Below are positions 38,955-51,800 of a DNA stretch of 64,000 nt, piece by piece. The notes under the pieces were generated by a model. It searched no databases and was not told the origin of the DNA. It saw only the letters and a list, made by a program, of their open reading frames with translations. Position numbers and translations under genes: made by a program. The stretch's first letter is position 1. Every line of letters begins with the position of its first letter. Origin of the DNA: Mytilus trossulus (taxonomy: Eukaryota); assembly GCF_036588685.1 (NCBI RefSeq), contig NC_086376.1:75495630-75559629 (forward strand), written 5' to 3'.

Positions 38955-39125
38955 CCTCAATTATCACTGAACTAGTACACTTTTTTGTTTAGGGGCAGCC
39001 GAAACAGCCTTATAGTGAGGGATTTTATCGCTGTATTGAAGACACATTGGTGGCCTTCGGTTGTTTCTTTTGTTCTTTGGTCCGGTTGTTGTCTCTTGGA
39101 CACACTCCCGTTTCTATTCTCTATA
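38955..39125 (+). mobile_element. PLE family A 3'-tail fragment
   Basis: ttatcactgaactagta...tgtttagggg...ttgaagac..ttggtggccttc...ttgttgtctct matches 35520-35685. Confidence 0.8.
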
Positions 39126-40588
39126 CTATTCTTCATACTTATTATGAAAAACAATTAGTTTATTTGCAATTTAACTTGAGGTAAAAGTTCCACATGCACG
39201 ACTTGTGGTACTTGTAAATGCGAAACACGACCGTGTGCATATGTACCCGAATATTTGAATAAATGTACAGTTATTGAAATATAAATTATACAAGTACCTA
39301 TATTATTGTATCGGTTTTTACATTAATTCTCAGTATCGAGGATCTGTACTACAACATGAATTACATAAGTCATTGTATGAAACTTTATATCATCATCAAC
39401 TCCTGATCTGAATATTTGTGTGTTTTAAATGATCAAATTGAAATTAATTTTATAGAGGCCCGTGTGCGGTAGGATATTGTCGTTTCAATCAAAAGCGGTT
39501 CACAGACAACAAGAACATTTTACCTATAATTTGAAATGATTCAAATGAGTTTCTAAGGGATTGCTGTGTTTACTGGATTGGAAATTTCACTAATCCTGAT
39601 TTTGTCTAGACATTGGTTACATTAAATAAAAATGACTGTTTCATTGTTTCATTGTAAATTCATTTTCTCTTTTAATGAACTAATGCATATTAAATGTAAT
39701 ATGATTGAAAAACAAAATTATTTAAATACATTTTTTTTAAATGTTTGTTTTTTGTTGTTTTTTTATGTGTGGAGAATCTCATTAAAAGATTTGATGATCT
39801 ATAAATTACAAAATATTTTTTTATATTTAAACTCTTGCAATGGATGATATTTTTACACGAGTTCTGCTATTTTTGGGAAATAGACTGTAAAGTGCTCATG
39901 CAACTGCGTGAAATAATGAAATATAAATTGATTATTGACAATACCAACCAGATATTAATTGGACGAAATTAGGATGAAGAGAAACTCAGCAATTTCAAAT
40001 GTTTGTTCTGAGATATTGACAGGACTTTCATGACCAATTTCCGACTGAAAAATTAGATTAAACGTGCCAGTATAATTTGCTATAACAACAGGTTAAAACA
40101 GCTGTAATTGCCAAAAATAGTTGGAATGGGTAGAAAATGGATTTGTATTGAAAAGAATAAAGGGCCAATTTCCTATCATTTTAAAAAAACAAAGTTAAGT
40201 ATATAAATGGACATTGAAAATTGACTTTGCTATCTGAATTATGCCTTGTCATCTTTGATTCAAGTATTTGTTCTGTATAAACAGAACAAATGCATTATTT
40301 GTACTGGTTCTTTTATCTTGTTGTCTGTCTGACTACTTGGTTTTACTTTAACAGGGTATTCAGCCTCTTGCTCGAATGCTTAGATTTATTTTTAAAATTT
40401 AAGGTAGTTCGTATTAAATACTGTTGGTGTGTTTTCTGTTATACATAGTAAAAATCATTTTAGATTAAAGAATATAGCTTCCTTATATCAAGCTCTGTTT
40501 CATTTCTATTTTGTCATAACCTAATGCCCTTTTTGACCAGCTCTTAAACGTTTGTATACAGTTTGTGTTTTCAAAATGATTTGCCCCG

Positions 40589-40634
40589 TGCATTACTGAA
40601 GAGACATAAATTGTCGAAATGCGTATATCATGTA
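40589..40634 (+). ncRNA. Type I hammerhead ribozyme, third variant, core intact
   Basis: UGCAUUA-CUGAAGA-GACA uaaau UGUC-GAA-AU gcgu AU-A^UCAUGUA; stem I has 6 of 7 positions paired. Confidence 0.7.
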
Positions 40635-41677
40635 ATAAAAGTGGAACATAATACCGAACTGCAAGGAAAAATAAAAACGGAAAGTCCGTAATCAAATGGT
40701 CAAATAATAAGCTCAAACACGTTAAACTTTTGGATTCTTATTGTTACGGTTAATTAAGTTGCACATAATTTTTATTGTTTCTATATTGCTGTTTAAATTG
40801 CTGTTCACACAACAACTATAGAAATGCAGCACCATTTTGAATTTCAATCATTAATACAATTTTTCGTATTTTATTTAAAACATACCGGCTGTACTTGATT
40901 GTAAAAGAGCCGCTATAGATATGTTGATGATACAAGAACTGATAAACAATCATCATGTTCTGTTAATTAAAAATTTAGGATGGATGTTGCAACTCCTCAC
41001 AGAATATAAAAGCATCAATTTATTTCTGCTGTCATTATCTTACAAAAGGTGTAAACGCTTAGAGTTTGTTGATTAATATCATTTTAACATTGAATTCTGA
41101 AACTCAATTTTACATTCTAAGTTGAAAACCACAGGATAATGTTTATAGCCAATTAGCAAAATAACCGCCTATATGAATATAAATTTCTAATTGGATATGT
41201 GAGAGATAGATTAGCTACCTGCTGTGAATCTGGTAATGTTTTGGCATAAATTAATTGTAAGGAATTAAGAAGTCGCAATAACTATCATTATGTAAAGCAT
41301 TATGAGAGGTGTCATCATCTAAATAAGCTTATCATCAATTGAAAAGTTATGTTGTCAGAAAACAAAAAAAGGCAAACCTTTTTTTTTCTTCTTTAATTTT
41401 TTCATAAAACAGAACAAACGTCAGTCATATAAACATATATATTTTCGCATATTATAAATGAATGGAAAATGGTATTTGGAGCTATTGCGCTATAATTGTT
41501 CTTTTTTTCTTTTAACTTTTAGAAAGAAGCATTGGGTAATAAATGAGTAACCAGACTGTTATACATTCAAAAGCAATATTTGACATGTATACAAATAAGT
41601 ATTATGTATACAAGTCTGTCATTTATGAGACTTTCATATTAAAATAATCACGGTAAATTAAATATTCATACTTAAAT

Positions 41678-41995
41678 AGAGGCAACAGTAGTATACCGAT
41701 GTACATTTATAAATCGACTGTGAAAAACCAAATCCGGAATACAAATAAAACTCCCAGCGAAACACATCAACTACAAGCGAAAAACAAAGAAACAACAAGG
41801 AAACTGGAGTGAAAGAAGTAAAATCACAAAAATATAGAATTCCGAGGAAAATTCAAACGGAAAGTCCCTTAACAAATGGAAAAAAAACAAAAATTCATAC
41901 AGATCAAACGAATGGACAAAAACTGTTAGATTCCTGAGTTTGAACTGTCATATTGTTTGGTAGAAAACGGTAGATTAAACTTGGGTATATAGCTA
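41678..41995 (-). mobile_element. Adjacent family E tail (41678-41790) and family D fragment (41815-41995)
   Basis: Reverse complements of 51460-51540 and 46680-46865. Confidence 0.7.
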
Positions 41996-43571
41996 GATCA
42001 TTCAAAAGTAGGTTTGGCAAAGTTGGCAAACCGAAATTAATTGTTGGAATTTAGACTGACACTAGAAAGGAAGGTTATATTGCAACTGGATGATGCTAAT
42101 AATAAAGCATTGCAGAAAACATTCCCTTACTAAAAGAGGTGAAGTAGTGGCTTAACTTCTTTCACGTCCAGAGAATGGAGTAATTTTCCTACACGACGTA
42201 TCGAAAAAATGTCCCTATTCCGAACGGACGTTGTTGAACGTTTTTACATCCTACTGTTCAACATTGGTTTTAAAGCCGGTGAAAGATGAAAAGGGATCAC
42301 AATACATATATTTCTATATTCAAATAATTATTATATCTCCGAAGACAAAGATACAAACGTTATAATTTAATCAAGACTTTTTTCATAATTTAAGCACACA
42401 TATGTGTCGGCAATTTCAATTTATTGAAGTTGCATCACTTTTGCATAAAGTTTAACACCTGTTTAGTGGAGTTCGTATTGCTCAGTCTTTAGTAAAGCAA
42501 GCTAGGTATTATAGACTGTTGCCAATTTGACTGTCTTCGAATGTTGAGTTTGAATATGTACAACTATTATTAAATAATTGCGTCTGGAATGTTTAAGTAC
42601 TTGTATCAATATATCATGGGAAAAGAACCTGAAAAGTCATATCTGTGATGAAAGACTATTTAAATTATAAAAAAGTTCATTTATGTTCATGAAAGGATTT
42701 TCCGTGCCTACAAAATGATTGACGATTAACATTATAGTTTTCAATTTTCAGTAAAAGATCAACGCTAGTGCTTACATGTCTTTCCATACTATATTATGCA
42801 ATTTAATTCTCTAAGTGAATAAAACATGAAAGCTTAAATTGATTTTATTCGATTCCTATTTGCACTTTTAGATTTTTACCATGCATCTGATAGACATGTG
42901 GTGACGTACAATAAACAGAAAACGAAAAATAATTTTGCAATATTGAAGTTAACACTTAGCAACGAGTAAATTATATAAATGAGGATATACATTTACAGTG
43001 GCGTTTTAATGAAAATAATGCATTTAAAAAGATAAACGAAAATGTTTGAATAGTTGGTAACTGGCTACGCAAACAGACTTAATCCGATACATTACGAAAT
43101 TAAAACACGGAGTCATTACTAAACCTTAACGGTTATCTTGTTTTATTTTAATTTGTAATCAGCTACCAACAAATTTATGTTGTAGTGACTACGTGTTATA
43201 TTTGCATGAATGTGTTCTTTAAAACTGTTTTTGATCAAGACTGTTAGTTAAATGTGCAAACGATATTCGTAACAACAAAAATATTAGATATGTTAATCAT
43301 TATTCAATCACCCGATTTAATAAGGCTTTCTATAAGATCTAAACTGTGCATGAACATTAAATTGTTTTAACAATTTCCAGTGACCTTTAATATTCTTAAA
43401 GCTAACAAAGACTTTAATGAAGGAAATCTATTAAAATTTATACTGCATGTAGAAATATCTTTTTTTAGTTATGCTTATACTGTCCATGAACTTTAAAACT
43501 ACTATTGCATGAATTTACGAACATCATGAGTTTGACTGTCCCTTTGGTAACGTTCGTCCCTCTTTTAACAG

Positions 43572-43674
43572 AAGGGGCGGATCCAATTAGGGATATAGGG
43601 GGTTCTAACCATACTTCCTCATCAACGCATTTATCTTTTTAAAAAAATATATAGTCCACCTGGATCCACCCATG
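43572..43674. mobile_element. Small MITE relic (ggggcggatcca ... tggatccaccc TIRs)
   Basis: Imperfect ~14-bp TIRs; no TSD seen. Confidence 0.5.
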
Positions 43675-44992
43675 AGAAGAAACATGAAACATGAAAAATG
43701 AATTTTGAGTTAAGAAATCCGTAAATAATTGTTTAATTTGAAGCAAACATTTTATGTGCAGTATCACTTGTGCCAATAAGGACATTATAAATGTCTGTTG
43801 ATTGTGTTAAACCATGCCCATGCAAAACTGAATCGGAGCGGAACAAGTCAGATAGGTCAGAATATTCGAGTTGATACAACATTTCTTTCGCAAGAAAGAG
43901 CACAAATGTTACGTGCAGTAACTGATATAGCTTTAGATGATAAAGTAGCTTGCTTGCATGTCGTATACAGATGGTAAATCAAATATGGGCAATATCCGTG
44001 CTGAACAAAATAATTCATCCGCAACAACCTCTTTGTAGACAATATTTTAATTATAAAACAGACTAATTTTTTTCTATAATTTCATTCGTTAGTGGGCGAA
44101 TCATCAAGTAAAGATTGTAACTCGTTGTAACATCTCTGTGACGTCAGTACATGAAAGATGTCATACTTTACATAATTGTGTACGAAAATAAAATGTCTAG
44201 CTTACATTTTTAAAAACAGTTATTTGAAAAGATACAGAATTACTTGTTTGGCAAGGATGTATTAAAATACCGAAATATGACACAAACATATGCATAACAT
44301 TCATAAGTACAAAAACACGTACACGTTTCTGTCTAATCGTTGTATGAGCAGAGAGCAGAGTTGTACAAAATAAAAATGTAACACTCTATTTCTTGGTCTT
44401 TTTTTCTTTTCAAGTTTTGTAAAGACGTTTAATTTTTAAACAAAATATGTTCTAATGAAAAAAGTGTAGAAGACCCTTAAGGGATAATCATAAACTCGGG
44501 GCCCATTATTAACTGTTAAAAAGTAATCTATAATGACTGGGTATAAATGAACAATGTTTTGATGGACTATAAAAACGTAACATTATAACTTTTCCATCAA
44601 TGATTTGTAAGTTTGTAGTCATGTACGTTTTGTTTTAGTAGCATGCATAAGAAGAAGAGTCAACATTTGAGTCTTTTATTTTGTTACTGTTGATTGGTAT
44701 AAGTGTCATATATGTTGTTCATATAATATTAAATAAAGTTGTAAGGCCCTTATAGAAATTGTAAACTGATTGCGCCAGGAATGTACTTTGTTTAACATAT
44801 TTTTTCATGATTATTAAGCGTTCTTTATCTTTATTTCAATGTAAGTTTATTACTCGAACACAAGGAGCGCTTGAGTTATCTATTACAATAATTGTTTCGT
44901 TGAATGTATAGAAAATATCTTGCAAATAGCTACAGTGCCTTCATATTATACTACCCAGTTGAAATCTTTTGAGAGATAATACTAAAATTTAA

Positions 44993-45572
44993 AGGAGTAG
45001 GTTCAGTAAGACCTCTTTTTGGCCCCAAAATATAGCAGTTTTACAAAATTGTTAAAATTTAATTTTTTTCTTAGTTTTTGGATAGTAGAATGGTTCTCCT
45101 ACATAAATATGGGCTGTTTTTGACAATGCAATGCTCATATATTGGGTACTAGCACCATGAAGTCGTGCTAAATTACTGAAATCTTCACAACTACAGCGTT
45201 TTAGTTAAAATTTAGACGGTTTCCGGGTAAAACGAAAGTGGCCGCATTCGTGTTCATCCAAAATATTGAAATGTAAGTTGTATTTGATAATACTACATAA
45301 CATATGTAAAGATTGAGGATGAACACGTATGCGGCCACTTTCATTTTTGACAAAAACCATCTAAAAAGTGCCATTTTTTCGCATATTTGGTAGATTTTTC
45401 ATATTTGAGCTTAAATCGGATCGTTTTTAATGACTAAAGAAGTTAAAATCTTGCACATAAATTAATTGAATCATATGACATAGACACTTACGTGTTAAAA
45501 AAGTGGTCAAAATCTTTTGTCAGATGAAACTTAAATTTTAGGCAAAAATCGGTCCTTACCGAACCTACTCTT
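44993..45572. mobile_element. Kolobok-like MITE with an internal palindrome (45230-45347)
   Basis: ttaa|AGGAGTAGGTTCAGTAAGACC...GGTCCTTACCGAACCTACTCTT|ttat; internal gaaagtggccgcattcgtgttcatcc pairs with ggatgaacacgtatgcggccactttc. Confidence 0.8.
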
Positions 45573-46609
45573 TTATTTTTACATCAATTTATTTTAAATC
45601 ATGTAGTAGCTATTTGTTCATGCGCTTGAAAAGAAATAATAGTTACACATTATATTCCTGCATTCCAGGTGCAATAAATTTTACCCTCTTTAATTTTCCC
45701 CTATTAGTCTTTGTTAAGTTTTTCAAAAAAGGGTGCAGAATTTATATTTATTTCAAATAATAAAAACCTTTGTATTAGTAAAGTTTTCTTCTGTCTGTAC
45801 TATAGACAATATTTCATATAACATTTCATTGCATATACGAAATATTCATTACAGGAAGTTGACCAATGACATTTTTATTCTTTATTCCCCGTGTACGAGA
45901 TATAGTAACTATGTAACCTCAAGTTCCCAAAATACCCTTTTTTACCATTTCTTCGTATGCAACTGGATTTGACGCAATATAATTTGGTGGTATTAAACCG
46001 CCATCGTATGCCGTTTACAAAAATAAGTTACATTCGTACATGTTCACACTATCCGGACTTCTATAACCGTAAATTGTGTTGCACACAAAACCTGTTCTTA
46101 GACTAGCAGAGTTATGAAGAAGATTAACTGAAAGCAACACAACTCGGCTTCAAAACGAATAAGTTTTCGCGGTCATTGATTACCAGTAAAGTCGGTTGAT
46201 CTGTAATTGTACCGATAATGCTCTCTATTCCCGATGTTAACATTTTACCTGAGTGATACATGACAAAGAAGACGCTTACCCTGTCGACGTACCCGGTCTA
46301 GCTACTGTTTGGATTTTATTCGTTGCCTCTGTTGAAATTTATTACATTGACATGTATCATCTTAATCAATTTTGAGATTTGGACATCAGTTAACTGATTT
46401 GGCCTCTAAACCCTTACCAGACTTTACATGTGACATAGTTCAGTTTGACAGATATATCATGTTACGGAGGTTTATTTGTGAAAAATACAATTCAAGGGAC
46501 TTTGAAATTTTCTAAGCCGTTAGTGATTAGGATTATGACATAATGTTGACTGCTTGACATGTTCACCTTTTTTTCGAACAGTAGTATACTACTGCTGCCT
46601 TTAGTAAGT

Positions 46610-46865
46610 AGTTGTTTGTTCATATATCGTTGTCAATATAATGAAAATTGATGCGATTGTCATAAAAGTGAGAGGTTTAGCTTGCTTTCAAACCAGATTT
46701 AATTCACCATTTTTTTCTACGTAATAAAATGCATGTACCAAGTCAGGAATATGACAGTTGATAACCATTCGTTTGATGTGTTTGAGCTTTGATTTTGCCA
46801 ATTGATTAAGTACTTTCCGTTTTGAGTATTTCACGGACTTCATTATTTTTTGTGGTTTTACTTTC
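46610..46865 (+). mobile_element. SINE-like family D (preceded by a family E tail at about 46570-46602)
   Basis: Homologous to 33820-34085. Confidence 0.8.
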
Positions 46866-47186
46866 TGTTACTTTTGGACAACGCTTTTTCAAACAAACAA
46901 TCGGCATTCCCACAGGAACCAAAAATCTAGAAGTATTCTGTAACTACAATTTTCGCTAAAAAGATGATGTTCCCTCGTCTTATAATTTAGAATTTGGTGA
47001 TTATATTCAACGGATCTATTCCATCGAACTTGAGATATAAAGAAAACGATAGATACAGCCAAGTCTCATATTCTCATATTTTGACTAACATCTAGAAAAT
47101 GACAATGAGGTGCAGTTGAAACAAAAATTTCCAAAACAAGAGTTGATTTCAGCACCCCTATTGTGAACTTTACATTTCTATGTAGC
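46866..47186 (+). mobile_element. Second degenerate PLE RT relic
   Basis: VTFGQRFFKQTIGIPTGT...NYNFR*KDDV...FGDYIQRIYSIELEI...PIVNFTFLCS; homologous to 35693-36075. A probable upstream half (LFVKN...KFSK..VIR) lies at about 46450-46565. Confidence 0.75.
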
Positions 47187-48769
47187 CATATAATTTTTTG
47201 TTTGCAATCGATCTTCATTGTTTATCATTAGATGTAAACCAGTACCTGATGCAGACTTGACCTATTTGTTGTATCCTTTATTTAAAATTCGATAGGAGAA
47301 ATGCGTTTAACTTTGTCATCAAACTTCGAATTATTTAACGAGAGGACATCGTCAATATAAAGCGGAACGTGAAGTTAACAGATAATGCAAGATTATTTCA
47401 TTCTTTATAAGAAGCACCTGTATGAAGTCATCCTCATTTGAATAGAAACATGTCGGAAAGAATAGGGGAACAATAAGTTCCGATGACATTGCCGATTAAG
47501 TTGTTCAAAATGATATCCTACAAACGTAGCACATTTTGTTAATCAAATATCTTAATGATGCTAATAGTTATCAAAATAATGCAAGTTTCGGGACATGTTT
47601 TGTTTGAATCGCCACATATTCACAAAGTATATTGATCTCATAATAAAAAGCAGGATCAATTATTTCCATTTGTCTTTTAATTTGAAATGGGGAATACTTG
47701 TGAAAATGGTAGAAGAGTTATATTTTTTAGTATGTACACTTAAGTATTTGCATTTGATTCATGCCGCTCCCACAATAACGTCGAAGTCCGTCTTTGATTG
47801 CTGATAAAAGGGATGTTATTAATATTGAAAGAGGTTTCGTGGATAACTTGTTGTACATTATGTACCTAAATATTTTTTTCAAGCAGTTTATGTAATGTCA
47901 TTTCCCTAGCCATGCAGTTTGGAAACAAGCAGAATTGATCGCATCATAATGTTTCATGTTTACAGTGATGTTATTTATATGGCTTTATTTGAATACTAGT
48001 ATCGTCTTTATCGGTTCATATATTTATTTCATCTTTGGTAGTTTATACATAACTAAGACAGTTTTGATACCCGGGTTAACTCTAATGGTCCTTTATCCCA
48101 TATATACCTATAGTTTGACATTGCACATGGTCGTGCTTTTATCAGATTACTTTATGAAATTTAAACACAAAATCCTTTGCAAGTATTCCGATTGATATAT
48201 TGACTTAGAGAACAGGGTTTATTTATTTTATTAGTTAGAATTTGGAGTGGATTGTTTTAAAAGTAACCGCAAGTACTATTTATTGTTCTGTACTTTGTAT
48301 TGTTTTATCATGTAACTGTATGTTCTTGTACTTTTAGACCGATTTGGGAAATAGTCATTTATTTAACAGTGTTTCCATATGTTGTGTTATTATTCCGCCA
48401 AACAGTGTTTAGGATGAGGGTGAGGTATTCACAAACATGTTAAAGTATGCTGTCTGTCATATTTATATTTTCTTCATTGTTATTGTACATATTGTTGTAG
48501 TATAAGCTAGTGGGTAGGTTTCCTCTTTTGAATTGTTTACCAATGTGTTGGCATGTGGGGCCACTTGTTCTAAGTGTTCATATGGATACCTATAATCTTA
48601 AAAAAACTCACGTGCATCTAGAAGATGAAACATATCTCTAGTTAGTTTATATACCTTCAATATACAAATATTTATATACGGTTTTATTAAAACCCTATTT
48701 TAATTCAATATAAACTGTGATCAAATTGCTTAAAAAGTCGTTTTGCTTTTGTCGCATGTCCATATGTCT

Positions 48770-49105
48770 TTTTGTGCTTATTTGTAACATATGTGTTTGC
48801 TTTATAGATTATAACACAATGCTGACTAGTGTACCCTTATTTTTATATCTTTACCTTTCATGTCTGTTTAACTTGTTGTCAACATATTTGGAATTTGATG
48901 GGACGGTCATGCAAGTGACAGGTTTAGCTAACTATAAAACCAGGTTTAATCCCCCGTTTTCTACATAAGAAAATGACTGTAGGAAGTCAGGAATACGACA
49001 ATTGGTTTGTATTCGTTTGATGTGTTTGAGCTTTTGATATTGCCATTTGATAGGGACTTACCTTTTTGAATTTTCAGTTCAGTATTTTTGTGAATTTACT
49101 TTTTA
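48770..49105 (+). mobile_element. SINE-like family D
   Basis: Homologous to 46610-46865. Further fragments at about 40650-40725 (-) and 58728-58830 (-). Confidence 0.8.
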
Positions 49106-50739
49106 TATTTACTTAAAATGAGGTTTAATTTTCTATTTTATTGTATCTCGTAATATATATTACTATAAACGTTACAAAATTGGAAATAAATATAATTAAA
49201 TAGGAACAAAGACACAAATGAATGGAAACTTGCACATAAAATGGCTGTTTGTGAAACAAACCTTTGTGTATTACAATGCATAAATCTTATGTTTCGTTTG
49301 ATTATTTAATATATATTTATAGTATACACTAAATCAAGTTATTTATGTACATTTTATAATAAAGAAATAACAGAAATGAAGTTATTTTATGATTTAATGT
49401 ATTACGATGAATCAAGATAATAAAAGCTCGCGAATATATTGTACGTTAGTTTGTGTAATTCTTTCTCGAATCGTCTCGGTGGTCTCGCCATGAGTACCGG
49501 AGATCGAGAGTATGTTTTAAGACCAGATCAATTCAAATGAAAGACTAAGACTGACTCATACTGTCATACGATTACAAAATACCATTCCCTGGTAAAAAAT
49601 GTCTCTTTTTATAGGTGAAATTATCTGAAAGATAAAGATTTTAAAAATAAAACGATTGGAGTATTAGAACACATTTATTACGGACCAGGGTTTGACAAGT
49701 ATTTGTAAACATTTGATTCCAGTCAATATTTAGTATTCAAAATACAATATTTCAAATATGTCAATGTTTTATTTCCATACAAAACCAGGTAGGTTAAAAA
49801 AATGTCATTACCTTTTTTCATCCTAACTTATAATTCTGAAATCAATTGCTAGAACACAAATTCAAATAGTTCTCCCATTAGAATTTAACATACAATCTAT
49901 CGATTTAAAATTAAATTATGAAATATGAGGACTACAGATAAATGTTTCGATAAATATTTGCTTCACTAATATACTACTAAAGGAATGCCTTCTAAATTAA
50001 ATAGTTATTAATTAAGTGCAACTTCATACTAAAATATTCACATCTTTTGATCAAAACTCAAATGATTTATTTGATTTTATCCCTTATCAGTGGATCAAAT
50101 TTAGCTATTTTAAAACACCTTATAAATAAAAAATAATGCCGTATTATATGTGCAATCATCAGTTTAAATGATAAATTGTTTTATTTTTAAGGATACGTGT
50201 TATGAGCTACGACCTTTAAGTTGTGATGTAATTACTATATGGTTATTCTGTAGTACCATTTGACATTTATAGTTGTAGAAATTTTTATAATTTCAATGAT
50301 TTGATATGAAGCCATTTATAAGTGCTGACATAGATTTGGTTGCTATCATGCATCGACTATTTAGCATCTGAGTCATTTATTCTTTTATCTTGCGAAATGT
50401 CATTTCACTATAGCAATGCATGCGTTTGTTGATATCATTTCGCAATAGTTATGTCCAATATCGGAGGGTTTTGCTTGAGAAAACTGGTAGGAATGGCTGA
50501 AATTGGCTGCTGTTTTTGTGAAGAAAAAAAATCTTTTTCTTTCTGAAACCACTGCATTAGTAAGAACAGTCAATGAGGTTATAGAACCTCTTTGGTACAA
50601 TGTATATGATGACTAATTTTAAAGCTGTATTTTTGCATTGAGGCCAGGACTAAGACGGGTGTGTCTATTTTCTGTGTTGGTCTTTGTATTATGTATCCGG
50701 GTTTTGTTTTCTGTAAATACTTCAGTTTTATCATGTATA

Positions 50740-51541
50740 TCTTTTATATTCATTTGATAAAAGTTACTGTTTGCAATAGCATAAACTGTTCTAAATAAAA
50801 AGGATGTTCCTATCCCAAGCAGTAAACCATAGCCGTATTTGGCACAACCTTTTTCAACTTTTGATCCTCAGTGCTGTACAACTTTGTACTTTTATTTTTT
50901 CCTTCCGAACTTTTATATCTGGGCGTCACTGGTAAGTCTTGTGTGGACGAGGCGCGTGTTTGGCGTATTGAATTTTAAACCTGATGTCTTTTGTTATCTA
51001 TTATTCATGTGTTTTTTTTTGTCGAATACGTTCTCCTATTTACTTGTATTGTAGTCCTGTAATATAAGTTGGCATTGTAATGTTATATTTAACATTACCA
51101 TTAAAGTGCAAGGTTTGGCATGCCACGAAACCAGGTTCAACCCACGATTTTTTTCTTTAAAAATATCCTGTTCCAAGTCAGGAATATGGCCATTGTTATA
51201 TCATAGTTCGTTTCTGTGTGTGCAACATTTTAACGTTGTGTTTTCGTTGTGTCGTTTGTTTTCTCTTATATTTGATTGTGAATTCACATTACTATAAGAC
51301 GTGTCACGGTACTGTTCTATCCCAAATTCATGTATTTGGTTTTGATGTTATATTTGTTGTTCTCGTCGGATTTTGTCTAATGCTTAGTCCGTTTCTGTGT
51401 GTGTTACATTTTAATGTTGTGTCGTTGTTCTCCTCTTATATTTAATGCGTTACCCTCGGTTTTAGTTTGTTACCCTGATTTTGTTTTTTGTCCATAGATT
51501 TACGAGTTTGGAACAGCAGTGTTATACTGTTGCCTTTATTT
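50740..51541 (+). mobile_element. Composite retroposon: retrozyme-derived 5' part with a dead HHR (50922-50967), then the shared core, then a family E tail
   Basis: 50740-50990 is collinear with retrozyme 30560-30800; aaccaggttcaaccc...cctgttccaagtcaggaatatg lies at 51129-51189; the element ends in tactgttgcctttatt. Confidence 0.7.
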
Positions 51542-51669
51542 GTTCATACCGCCGACAAATACACTTTACTGGTCTCACTAAGAATAGAACATAGGAGTAA
51601 AGTTTTACAGTTTAGATTGAAACTTTAGAAAATAAGTATGGATAGCTTGTGTTTAATTGACCTTGATTT

Positions 51670-51800
51670 GAGTCCTCAATGCTTTTCAACTTTGTACTTG
51701 TTTGGCTTTACAACTATTTAGATCTGAGCGTCACTGATGAGTCTTGTGTAGACGAAACGTGCGTGTGGCGTAATAAATTATAATCCTAGTTCCTTTAAAA
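51670..51800 (+). mobile_element. Retrozyme fragment with HHR 51728-51771 (core intact, cleavage triplet GUG)
   Basis: gcgtca-CTGATGA-gtct tgtgt agac-GAAA-c gtgc gt-G-tggcgt; H17=G predicts little or no cleavage. Confidence 0.85.

Noticed and set aside
42020-42300. Rho-GTPase-like fragments (KLIVGI*TDTR, KVILQL, LLNVF)
   Set aside because: Needs two frameshifts and two stops, and no G1-G3 boxes were found; likely chance.
43780-43977. 65-codon open frame with ankyrin-like GHYKCLLIVLNHAHAKLN and donor ATG|gtaaat
   Set aside because: No acceptor or start, no TPLH motif and no second clear repeat.
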